Positions 17,254-25,488 of a stretch of 62,945 nt of DNA are shown here, piece by piece. A program made the translations under genes and the position numbers. A model generated the notes under the pieces. The model did no database searches. It was not told the origin of the DNA and worked only from the letters and a program-made list of their open reading frames with translations. This DNA is from Candidatus Omnitrophota bacterium. Lineage in GTDB: Bacteria; Omnitrophota; Gorgyraeia; 2-01-FULL-45-10. The DNA lies in the NCBI GenBank assembly GCA_041650935.1, contig JBAZKH010000009.1:1-62945 (forward strand), in the 5' to 3' direction. The stretch's first letter is position 1; each line of letters starts with the position of its first letter.

Positions 17254-18804
17254 GTGAAGATATTAATCTGTACTTTCGGTAATACCGCCCATTATGCCTG
17301 CCGGATATTTTACGCGCTTCTTAAAGATATTTCGGACGCGCGGCTTGTTTTTTTTAACGGCAAATGGAATCAAGATACCGAGAATTTCATCAGCGAGTAT
17401 ATGCGCACGGAATCGCCGGACCTTGTTGCCGTCTCCCTGCTGACGTTCGAACTGGGTTTATGCAAAGAGCTTTCCAAAACGATCCGCCGGCTTAGTCCTT
17501 CCGGAAAAACAAAGATCATATTCGGGGGGCCGTATATTTTTTGTGCGCCCGAGACATGCTTCGACGTAGCCGATTTTGTATGCACGGGCGAAGGCGAATA
17601 CACGTTATTGGGGCTATGCGATCAATTTAAGAAGACTAAGAGATGGGAAGACGTTAATCTTAAAAATATTCCAAACCTGCTGTATCGCCTTGATGGCAAG
17701 GTTTGCAAATCCGGCATACAGGACTTTTATTATTCCCACCAGTTTATAGACGCGCTGCCTTTCCCCGCTTATGGTATCGACGGGATACATGTTTACGACG
17801 GTATCAACTGGGTGGGCGATACGGAGATCTACCGGGATTATTATTTTGCCTTCGCGTCACGGGGATGCCCCAACAGCTGTTCCTATTGCGTTAATTCGAT
17901 ACGGCCTATCAAGAAAGTGACGCACCGTTCTCCCGAAAAGATCGTGGAAGAGATAGCTCTTATAAAAGATAAGTTCCCCAGGTTAAAGCGCATCTGTTTT
18001 GCCGACGAAGTATTTTGCTGCCAAAGCAAGTGGACCGCGGATTTCAGCAGGTTGTATAAGGAGCGGATAGCGTTGCCGTTCGAATGCGATTCTTTTCCCG
18101 GCATGCATCCGGAATCGGTTATCAAGACGTTGGCCGAGACAGGGCTTAAGAAAGTCAATATCGGGGTTCAATCCTGTTCAAAGAGGATATTGAAAGAAGT
18201 TTTTGCCCGCCCGCAAAAGACGGAACACATAATCAACGATAATAAAGTATACTTAAAATACGGCGTTATGCCGACATACGATTTTATCATAGATAATCCT
18301 TTTGAATCACCGGACGAATTTCGCGAAACCCTGGAAATCGTCAGGCAGCTGGAACGTCCGCTTTTTTTCAGGGTATACAGCCTGTTCTTCTTTCCCTATC
18401 ATGCATTGACGGTAAAAGCCGAGCTAATGGGTCTGTATAGAAAGGCGAATGGGGAAAAGGACTTTTACGATAAGCTTACAACTACTCATACCGGCGACCA
18501 ATGCTGTCAAAAAGAATGGTATACAAAACCGCTTCGGACTATATTGCGGGGCGATCAGAAAGCCGCGCTGAACTGGATATTGATATTTTACGGCAACGCA
18601 ACTATTCCAAAAAAACTGGCAGACCTTGCTTTTGCGGGCCATAAGCGCGGATCATGGTTTTTAACCGTTCTTTTGGCATATTTCTATTTATCGATAAATT
18701 CAATCTATGCTCTTAGAGAAAAAGTGCGGATTACCTCCGATGCGTATAAGCGCCATGGTTTTGTCCCAACCGTAAAGCATATAGCAAAAAAAATATGTAG
18801 ATAA
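17254..18804 (+). CDS. B12-binding-domain radical SAM protein
   Basis: 516 aa with a GTG start. It has an N-terminal Rossmann-like B12 domain (PDLVAVSLL...IIFGGP) followed by the ASRGCPNSCSYC CxxxCxxC motif. Confidence 0.85.
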   Translation: MKILICTFGNTAHYACRIFYALLKDISDARLVFFNGKWNQDTENFISEYMRTESPDLVAVSLLTFELGLCKELSKTIRRLSPSGKTKIIFGGPYIFCAPETCFDVADFVCTGEGEYTLLGLCDQFKKTKRWEDVNLKNIPNLLYRLDGKVCKSGIQDFYYSHQFIDALPFPAYGIDGIHVYDGINWVGDTEIYRDYYFAFASRGCPNSCSYCVNSIRPIKKVTHRSPEKIVEEIALIKDKFPRLKRICFADEVFCCQSKWTADFSRLYKERIALPFECDSFPGMHPESVIKTLAETGLKKVNIGVQSCSKRILKEVFARPQKTEHIINDNKVYLKYGVMPTYDFIIDNPFESPDEFRETLEIVRQLERPLFFRVYSLFFFPYHALTVKAELMGLYRKANGEKDFYDKLTTTHTGDQCCQKEWYTKPLRTILRGDQKAALNWILIFYGNATIPKKLADLAFAGHKRGSWFLTVLLAYFYLSINSIYALREKVRITSDAYKRHGFVPTVKHIAKKICR

Positions 18805-18819
18805 CCGGGAGGTGGGCGT

Positions 18820-19644
18820 ATGAAGAAGTGGATGGTTGTAGTAGCCGGAATCTTAGCGATGCTCTTGGTTTTAGGCGCGGCCAAGGATTTGGTAATTAAA
18901 ATAGCGGTCGAATCCGGCGCGCAGATAGCGACAGGCCTGAAATTAAAGATCGGAGGATTCAGGGTAGGGATACTGAATACCCTCGTCGACATAAGGAATT
19001 TACGCATATTGAATCCCGCAGGATTTAAAGACAAGAACATGCTCAACATGCCGGAAATTTATGTAGATTATGATCTGGGTGCTATATTCAAAGGAAAGGT
19101 CCACTTAACGGAAGCGCGCATAAATATGCAGGAATTCATGGTTGTCAAAAACGAAAAAGGCAAGCTGAACCTCGACTCACTCAAAGTCGTGCAGGCCCAA
19201 AAATCGGGCAGTAAACCCGGAGCGAAAGCTGGCGGGAAAGCTCCGGATATGCCGGAGATACAGATAGACAAACTGCGCTTAAAGATAGGCAAAGTGTTTT
19301 ATAAGGACTATTCCGGCGGAGGCGAACCGCGGGTAAAAGAATTCAATGTCAATATAGACGAACAGTATACCAATATAACCAACCCGTATACATTGGTCAG
19401 CCTGATAGTCGTGAGGGCTCTTGCGAATACTTCCATAGGGAGCCTTGCCAATTTCGATGTTAAAGGTTTGAGCGGTTCGATTTCCGGGACACTCGCCGGC
19501 GCCCAAAAGATGACCGCGCAAGCAGCCGAGACGGCCAAGCAGACGGCAAAGGCAGCCGTTGAAACTACCAAGAAGGCTGCGGAGGCGGTTTCGAAAACTA
19601 CAGACGCCGTGAATGATGTATTTAAGAACCCGTTTGGGAAATAG
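18820..19644 (+). CDS. membrane-anchored or secreted hypothetical protein (AsmA-like N-terminus)
   Basis: 274 aa with an N-terminal TM/signal segment and an Ala/Lys/Thr-rich C-terminus. A GGGAGGTGGG SD lies upstream. Confidence 0.5.
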   Translation: MKKWMVVVAGILAMLLVLGAAKDLVIKIAVESGAQIATGLKLKIGGFRVGILNTLVDIRNLRILNPAGFKDKNMLNMPEIYVDYDLGAIFKGKVHLTEARINMQEFMVVKNEKGKLNLDSLKVVQAQKSGSKPGAKAGGKAPDMPEIQIDKLRLKIGKVFYKDYSGGGEPRVKEFNVNIDEQYTNITNPYTLVSLIVVRALANTSIGSLANFDVKGLSGSISGTLAGAQKMTAQAAETAKQTAKAAVETTKKAAEAVSKTTDAVNDVFKNPFGK

Positions 19645-19669
19645 CAGATAAAATTATGGGGCGGTACCA

Positions 19670-19698
19670 TTGTATTTTACCAAAAAATGTGGTATACT
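19670..19698 (+). promoter_or_regulatory. sigma-70-type promoter with extended -10
   Basis: TTGTAT, a 17-nt spacer ending in TGg, then TATACT. Confidence 0.5.
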
Positions 19699-19702
19699 AT
19701 AT

Positions 19703-19810
19703 ATGAGGCTAGGGGAGAGAGGATTTAGACAGTAACCCGTAAGCCTCATAAGGTTTGGCCCATCTACCGCATATACGAGAAGTGGAAAAGGTAGGTGGGT
19801 TTTCTTTTTT
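19703..19810 (+). ncRNA. candidate small RNA, or the first module of a long csp leader (family unknown)
   Basis: It follows the promoter at 19670. Stem atgaggct (19703) / agcctcat (19742), then an intrinsic terminator cccatctacc/ggtaggtggg plus ttttctttttt (19759-19810). No ORF. Confidence 0.4.
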
Positions 19811-19888
19811 CGCGGTTATTTTAAAATAATGGTAGACTGCGAAGCCGGGAAGATGGTAAAATATCATATGACCAATAAGGATGGTTTT

Positions 19889-19927
19889 ACCGCATGGAGG
19901 GCGTTTTATCGGCCATGCGGTTTTTTA
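19889..19927 (+). terminator. terminator-like hairpin in the csp leader
   Basis: accgcatgg / ccatgcggt followed by tttttt, ending 20 nt before the csp ATG. Confidence 0.6.
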
Positions 19928-19946
19928 TTTAAGAAAGGATGGCAAT

Positions 19947-20159
19947 ATGCATAAAGGCAAGATAAAGAAGTTAGTGCGCGACAGGGGATTCGGATTTATT
20001 TCTGATACGGACGGCCGCGAAGTATTTTTTCACCAATCCGGGCTTGTCGAAACGACCTTTAACGCCTTGAACGAAGACCAGGAAGTCGAATTCGAAGTGG
20101 AGAAATCCGACAAAGGACCGCGCGCCATAGGCGTACGCGTAGTCAGCGCAGCAATATAA
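19947..20159 (+). CDS. cold-shock domain protein (CspA family)
   Basis: 70 aa with an RNP1-like RGFGFI motif and an RNP2-like VFFH motif. ATG 19947 is preferred over the track's 19881 because of the AAGAAAGGA SD and typical Csp length. Confidence 0.93.
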   Translation: MHKGKIKKLVRDRGFGFISDTDGREVFFHQSGLVETTFNALNEDQEVEFEVEKSDKGPRAIGVRVVSAAI

Positions 20160-20317
20160 TGTCGAAAAAGATAAAATCGAATAAGAGGCGCAGGGTGTGC
20201 CGATTTACTGGTTGTAAACAAATACTCAGCATATATAATCCTGAAACTTGCTGTCACGCGCACCATCAAGCCGTTATATCAAAAGGGTTCTCCCTGGCCT
20301 TTGCCTCCAAGCATTAA
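20159..20317 (+). CDS. small basic Cys/His-rich protein (52 aa)
   Basis: MSKKIKSNKRRRVCRFTGCKQILSIYNPETCCHAHHQAVISKGFSLAFASKH. Its ATG overlaps the csp stop (TAATG). It is below the ORF-track length cut-off. Confidence 0.45.
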   Translation: MSKKIKSNKRRRVCRFTGCKQILSIYNPETCCHAHHQAVISKGFSLAFASKH

Positions 20318-20445
20318 AAAAGCCTTACCATCAAATGCGGCATCCGCCGCCTTTTAGAAAACTCATTTGAAATTTTACAGGGTAGAGTGTATGCTTATGA
20401 ATAGGCCTTAGCGAATATACGCGGGCAAAACAAGGAGATGGAATT

Positions 20446-20913
20446 ATGCATATAGGCGCAAAGATTATCTGCTCGTTGGTCCTTTTGCTGGTCCTGGCAC
20501 TGCCTCTTTCTTACTGTGAAGTGATGGGCGTAGGCGATCTGGTCGAGAAATACGCTAAAGCCACCGACGTCCAGCGCCGCGAACTGCTAAATACTTATCA
20601 ATATACAGAGATCTCCGCTGCCGGGATAATTGCGAATGTTATGGACTATCCAGGTTTCGACCAAAGGACCGACACCTCAAGACGATATTATGAGGTGATT
20701 ACGGAAAAGCAGATGACCAAGACAGGCATTGTCTACGACGTCATGATAATCGATAAAGATAAAGCAAGCGTCGATAAGCTAAGCAAAGGGGAAGAGATGA
20801 GGGCGAGCGGGGCGCTTATAAAGATCATCGATAATATAGGGTCCTTCTCCGTCTGGATCTATACGGGCGAACTTACTCCCGAAGATAAATCAATGCTCGT
20901 CTCCGTAACATAG
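20446..20913 (+). CDS. secreted hypothetical protein
   Basis: 155 aa with an N-terminal signal-like segment and a GGAGATGG SD. Confidence 0.5.
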   Translation: MHIGAKIICSLVLLLVLALPLSYCEVMGVGDLVEKYAKATDVQRRELLNTYQYTEISAAGIIANVMDYPGFDQRTDTSRRYYEVITEKQMTKTGIVYDVMIIDKDKASVDKLSKGEEMRASGALIKIIDNIGSFSVWIYTGELTPEDKSMLVSVT

Positions 20914-20938
20914 CCCTCCTTAAAAGAAAGCGGTAATT

Positions 20939-21994
20939 ATGGATAGAAGGACGATATTCGCGATAGGGATACTGGTATCGATATTCGCGGTGATAATCGC
21001 CTACGAATGGACAGGGGCATGGACGGGCGTTAAAGTTACATTGGCCGAGAATAAAGTTATTACCGCGAAGCTTCTGGAAGAGAACAATATCCCGGTGCAT
21101 ATGTTCATAGTCTTTACCATCATCGACTATGTAAAGCATTCATGGCTCTGCCTTCTCCTGGCTTTCATAGCCGCCGGCGCGCTCCAGGAATTCGCGCCGA
21201 GGGACAAGGTCATCAAGCTTATGGGATCCGGCAGGGGTTTTGTTCCGTATGCGATAGCCGGGGCCGGCGGGCCGCTGCTTTCGATGTGTTCGTGCAGTAT
21301 TATCCCGCTCTTCGGAGGGTTGTATAAAAGAGGCGCCGGACTTGGTCCTGCAATAACCTTTCTTCTGGCCGCGCCCGCGTTTAATCCGGCGGCGATCCTT
21401 CTCACGCTGGGGCTCCTGGGATGGCAATTTGCCGCGGCAAGGATCGTAGTTGCCATAACGGCAGGGATTCTCGTCGGATATACTACGGACAGGATATTTA
21501 AAAATAGGCTCCCCGAACCCGAGCCTGTGCGTATAGACGCAGAGCCCGGCGGAATACCGCAGGAGGACCAGAGTTTCAGTAATAGGCTGGTCAATATGGC
21601 ATTGTATTCCTGGGAATTCGTAAAGATGGTGCTTCCATTGATATTCCTGGGTGTTATCTGCGCAGGGCTGGTAAAAGCTTTCTTGCCCCCGGCCGTCATC
21701 ATTAAGTACCTCGGCAACGGCGTTCTGCCGGTTATGCTGTCGTCGGCTATAGGTGTATTCATGTATACTCCGACTCTGGTTGAAGTGCCGCTCGTCAGAG
21801 GCCTGTTAGAGTCCGGCATGGGCACAGGCGCCGCGATGGCCTTTCTCCTGACGGGTCCGGCGCTTAGTTTACCGTCGATACTCGGGGTGTGTAAGATAGT
21901 CAAGCCGCGGGTGCCGGTTGTCTATGCGACGCTAATGTGGATATGCGGAACCGCGGCGGGCCTGGTATTTTGGTTTTTTGTACCGAAGTTTTAA
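20939..21994 (+). CDS. DUF318/ArsP-type permease
   Basis: 351 aa polytopic protein with an internal two-fold repeat and the CSCSIIPL motif typical of this permease family. Confidence 0.7.
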   Translation: MDRRTIFAIGILVSIFAVIIAYEWTGAWTGVKVTLAENKVITAKLLEENNIPVHMFIVFTIIDYVKHSWLCLLLAFIAAGALQEFAPRDKVIKLMGSGRGFVPYAIAGAGGPLLSMCSCSIIPLFGGLYKRGAGLGPAITFLLAAPAFNPAAILLTLGLLGWQFAAARIVVAITAGILVGYTTDRIFKNRLPEPEPVRIDAEPGGIPQEDQSFSNRLVNMALYSWEFVKMVLPLIFLGVICAGLVKAFLPPAVIIKYLGNGVLPVMLSSAIGVFMYTPTLVEVPLVRGLLESGMGTGAAMAFLLTGPALSLPSILGVCKIVKPRVPVVYATLMWICGTAAGLVFWFFVPKF

Positions 21995-22014
21995 TCGAAA
22001 TAGGGGGGGGCGGC

Positions 22015-22254
22015 ATGAAGATAGAGATATTTGGGCCGGGGTGTCATCGATGTTTAGAACTTGAAAAATCCGTAAAGAGTATCGTTTCAGAGCTTAATAT
22101 TTCCGCAGATGTCGAGAAAGTAAAAGAGATAAACAGAATCGTCGACGCAGGTATTATGCAGACCCCCGGGCTGCGTATCAACGGCAAAATAAAATCGTTC
22201 GGGCGTATCCCTAAACCGGAAGAGATTAAAAAATGGATCTCGGAGGAGAGATGA
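22015..22254 (+). CDS. thioredoxin-fold protein (redox-active disulfide protein 2 type)
   Basis: 79 aa. MKIEIFGPGCHRC carries the CxxC motif. The start is set at ATG 22015 after a GGGGGGGG SD-like run. Confidence 0.8.
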   Translation: MKIEIFGPGCHRCLELEKSVKSIVSELNISADVEKVKEINRIVDAGIMQTPGLRINGKIKSFGRIPKPEEIKKWISEER

Positions 22255-22691
22255 TACGCGTGAAGGCTTTGCTTTTTGCGGCCGCCGCCGCCATTTTACT
22301 TAACTGCGGCCTTGAGGAGGGCGCATCTGCCGAAAATATCCAAAATGGTCCCGTAAACGGCGTTGTGGTCTATTATTTTCACGGGAATTTCCGCTGTGTC
22401 AATTGCAAGACGATCGAGCAGAACACGAAAGAAGCCCTTGAGAAGTATTTCCGGAAAGAACTGGATGCGGGTACGGTCGTTTTTAAAGCGGTGAATGTCG
22501 AGACGAAAGGCAACGAACATTTTACGGAAGATTATAAGCTTTATACGAAATCCGTCGTGCTCTCTTTAGTAAAAGGCGGCAAAGAGGTAAAGTCCGGCAA
22601 CCTTACCAGGGTATGGGAATACTTAAGAAACAAAGACGCTTTCCATCAATACATTAAAGGCGAAGTGGAAAAATACCTCGAGGAGCTTTGA
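22251..22691 (+). CDS. membrane-anchored thioredoxin-like CxxC protein (ArsF-family-like)
   Basis: 146 aa with a signal/anchor and FHGNFRCVNCKT. ATGA overlap with the upstream gene. Confidence 0.5.
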   Translation: MIRVKALLFAAAAAILLNCGLEEGASAENIQNGPVNGVVVYYFHGNFRCVNCKTIEQNTKEALEKYFRKELDAGTVVFKAVNVETKGNEHFTEDYKLYTKSVVLSLVKGGKEVKSGNLTRVWEYLRNKDAFHQYIKGEVEKYLEEL

Positions 22692-22695
22692 AGAG

Positions 22696-23367
22696 ATGCT
22701 CATCCTGACGGCCCTCTGGCTCGGCATCCTTACCTCTATAAGCCCGTGCCCGCTTGCGACGAATATCGCGGCGATCTCATTCCTGTCCAAAAGAATAATT
22801 CATCCCAGGGCAGTATTTTTATCCGGGATTTCATATACCATAGGCAGGATGCTGGCGTATGCGATATTGGGCTTTTTAATAGTAAAGTCCGTTTTGAGTG
22901 TACCTCTGGCGGCAAATTTCCTGCAGAAGTACATGAACAAGGCGCTCGGACCGGTCTTAATTATCGCAGGCATCTTTTTGCTGGATATATTCAAACTTAA
23001 TATACCGGTTTTGGTTATTTCAGAAAAACATCAGAATAAATTGGCCGGCGCCGGCATATTGGGCGCGGCTATTTTAGGATTTATCTTTGCGCTGTCGTTT
23101 TGCCCCGTATCGGCCGCGCTATTTTTCGGAAGCCTGATACCTCTGGCGGTAGACAGCAAGATAGGGTTAAGCCTGCCCTTCATATATGGGATCGGAACAG
23201 GCCTTCCTGTATTTATTTTTGCCCTGGGCATTGCGCTGGGGATTACCTCCCTAAACCGTTGGTTCCACAAAGTGGCCAAGCTCGAAATATACGCAAGAAA
23301 AATTACAGGGGCTATTTTTATATTGGTGGGAATATACTACATTATTTATATAAGAGGTGTTTTATGA
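22696..23367 (+). CDS. CcdA/DsbD-like transmembrane protein (ArsG-family-like permease)
   Basis: 223 aa with about 6 TM segments and SPCPLA and SFCPVS Cys-Pro motifs in TM1 and TM4. Confidence 0.65.
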   Translation: MLILTALWLGILTSISPCPLATNIAAISFLSKRIIHPRAVFLSGISYTIGRMLAYAILGFLIVKSVLSVPLAANFLQKYMNKALGPVLIIAGIFLLDIFKLNIPVLVISEKHQNKLAGAGILGAAILGFIFALSFCPVSAALFFGSLIPLAVDSKIGLSLPFIYGIGTGLPVFIFALGIALGITSLNRWFHKVAKLEIYARKITGAIFILVGIYYIIYIRGVL

Positions 23368-23421
23368 AAGAAGAAAAAGAAGTGGTCGCATTGGCGCTCT
23401 TGGATAAAAGGCGGTAATTAG

Positions 23422-24477
23422 ATGCAATACACCAAACATGAGGCAAAGGAATTAAAGCGGGAGCTGTCCTTATTGGATAAGCTTTTAACCCCGCTTATAT
23501 TTATTGCGATGGGCGCCGGGGTCGCTTTGGGATATTTCGCCCCAGGCGTTACCAGGGTCATAGCCGGCATGCAGGTCGGGACGACCTCGGTCCCGATTGC
23601 CATAGGTCTCATCCTCATGATGTATCCGCCCCTTGCAAAAGTAAAATACGAGGAGATCGGTAAGGTATTCAATAAGCCGCGGCTTCTCATCCTTTCTCTT
23701 GTGCAAAACTGGATAGTCGGTCCGCTGGTAATGTTCATTCTGGCGGTAGTGTTCCTGAAAAATTATCCGGAGTATATGATAGGTGTAATTTTGATAGGGC
23801 TGGCCAGGTGCATAGCGATGGTCATAGTGTGGAACGAGCTCGCGGAAGGCGATAGGGAATTCGCCATAGGCCTTGTTGCTTTTAACGCGCTTTTTCAGGT
23901 TTTGTTTTACGCGGCCTACATCTATCTATTTATTACCGTCGGCCTCAACTGGCTGGGACTTGCAAAGGGCCTGAATATCAGTATTTCAATGGTCGAGGCG
24001 GCCAAAACGGTTCTTTTTTACCTGGGGATACCGTTTCTTGCAGGAGTGCTCACACGTATCGGCTTTATTAAGTTGAGGGGAAAGTCGTGGTTTGAGGATG
24101 TCTTTATCCCGAGGATAAGTCCGATAACGTTAGTTGCGCTGCTCTTTACTATCATCGTAATGTTTTCGCTTAAAGGACAATATATTATACAACTGCCTTT
24201 CGATGTGCTGAGGATTGCCGTGCCGCTCCTCATATATTTCTTCTTCATGTGGTTTGTCACATTCTTTATTGCCCGAAAGATGAAGATCAATTATGGGCAA
24301 ACGACTGCGGCTTCTTTCACGGCGGCCAGCAACGATTTCGAACTTGCGATTGCAGTAGCGGTCGCGATCTTCGGGATCGGATCCAATCAGGCCTTCGCAA
24401 CCGTCGTAGGGCCGCTTATAGAAGTCCCGGCCCTCATAATTCTCGTTAATGTTGCTTTAAAGATCAAGGGAAAATAA
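23422..24477 (+). CDS. acr3: ACR3-family arsenite efflux transporter
   Basis: 351 aa with about 10 TM segments and the typical ACR3 N-terminus ([25 protein letters not shown]) and RCIAMV motif. Confidence 0.9.
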   Translation: MQYTKHEAKELKRELSLLDKLLTPLIFIAMGAGVALGYFAPGVTRVIAGMQVGTTSVPIAIGLILMMYPPLAKVKYEEIGKVFNKPRLLILSLVQNWIVGPLVMFILAVVFLKNYPEYMIGVILIGLARCIAMVIVWNELAEGDREFAIGLVAFNALFQVLFYAAYIYLFITVGLNWLGLAKGLNISISMVEAAKTVLFYLGIPFLAGVLTRIGFIKLRGKSWFEDVFIPRISPITLVALLFTIIVMFSLKGQYIIQLPFDVLRIAVPLLIYFFFMWFVTFFIARKMKINYGQTTAASFTAASNDFELAIAVAVAIFGIGSNQAFATVVGPLIEVPALIILVNVALKIKGK

Positions 24478-24485
24478 GAACACCC

Positions 24486-24635
24486 TTAATGATCCGCCTT
24501 TTTTTCTTTTACCGGTTCGCCTCCCGCGGGCACCGTTACCACCGCTTCTGTCCCAAGCGGCCAACCGCATATCGTGCACATCTTGCAGGCGGAGTCGATC
24601 TCATCTATCTTTTTACCGCAAAATTGACATTTCAT
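24486..24635 (-). CDS. small zinc-ribbon protein (49 aa)
   Basis: MKCQFCGKK...CKMCTICGW has two CxxC pairs. AAAGGAGA SD. The track ORF's 5' extension to 24857 lacks coding features. Confidence 0.5.
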   Translation of the reverse strand: MKCQFCGKKIDEIDSACKMCTICGWPLGTEAVVTVPAGGEPVKEKKADH

Positions 24636-24834
24636 AGCAGTCTCCTTTTTAAAAATTTTTACTAAGTGGGCAAAATAAATCCCCCTGCCGCCATGGCAGG
24701 CGGGTAAAAAACATGAGAAATATCCAAAAGCATTCCTTCTTAAGCTACATATAAAGTATACCACATATTCGGGCAAAAGCAAGGCAGCGGTACGCGCTTG
24801 ACCTATTTCCTCAATAATGATACTATCTATTATT

Positions 24835-25482
24835 ATGCACAAAGAGTTACAGTTCAAAAAAGAGGCCGGATACTATGGGAACCAGGGCGATGACCTGATA
24901 AAACTTGTCCCTGGCAGCGCTAAGAGGATACTGGATATCGGATGCGGGCCCGGGATCATAGGGAAACGGCTGAAAGAGTCCGGAAACCGCGAAGTTGTCG
25001 GGATAGAGGTTAATCCTGTCGCGGCAGAAGAGGCCAAGAGGAACCTCGATAGGGTCTATGTTGCGGATGTCGAGGCGGCAAAACCTTTTCTCGCAACCGA
25101 ATATTTCGACTGTATTATATTCGGCGACGTCCTGGAACACCTCGTAAACCCCTGGCAGGTCATAAAGGACATGAAGGCCTTCCTGGCAAACGGCGGCTAT
25201 ATTATAATAAGCCTGCCGAATATAAGCCATTGGGCCGTTGTAAAAGGCCTCTTATCCGGGAACTGGGAGTATAAAGGCGAGGGGACACTCGATATTACAC
25301 ACTTGCGTTTCTTCACTTTGAAGAGCGTAAGGAAGATGCTTGAAGACGCAGGGTTTGTTGTAGAGCGCGATACCTGCAGGCTTGCTTGTAATAAATTTTT
25401 CAAAAAGATAAATAAACTGCTGAATGGAAAGATAACCCACCTATTGGCCTGGCAGTATCTGATAGCGGCAAAGAAACCCTAA
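24835..25482 (+). CDS. class I SAM-dependent methyltransferase
   Basis: ILDIGCGPG motif I, an acidic loop at IEVN and FGDVLEHL. TTGACC-17-TACTAT at 24798-24826 would make this mRNA nearly leaderless. An alternative ATG lies at 24817. Confidence 0.8.
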   Translation: MHKELQFKKEAGYYGNQGDDLIKLVPGSAKRILDIGCGPGIIGKRLKESGNREVVGIEVNPVAAEEAKRNLDRVYVADVEAAKPFLATEYFDCIIFGDVLEHLVNPWQVIKDMKAFLANGGYIIISLPNISHWAVVKGLLSGNWEYKGEGTLDITHLRFFTLKSVRKMLEDAGFVVERDTCRLACNKFFKKINKLLNGKITHLLAWQYLIAAKKP

Positions 25483-25488
25483 AATAAG

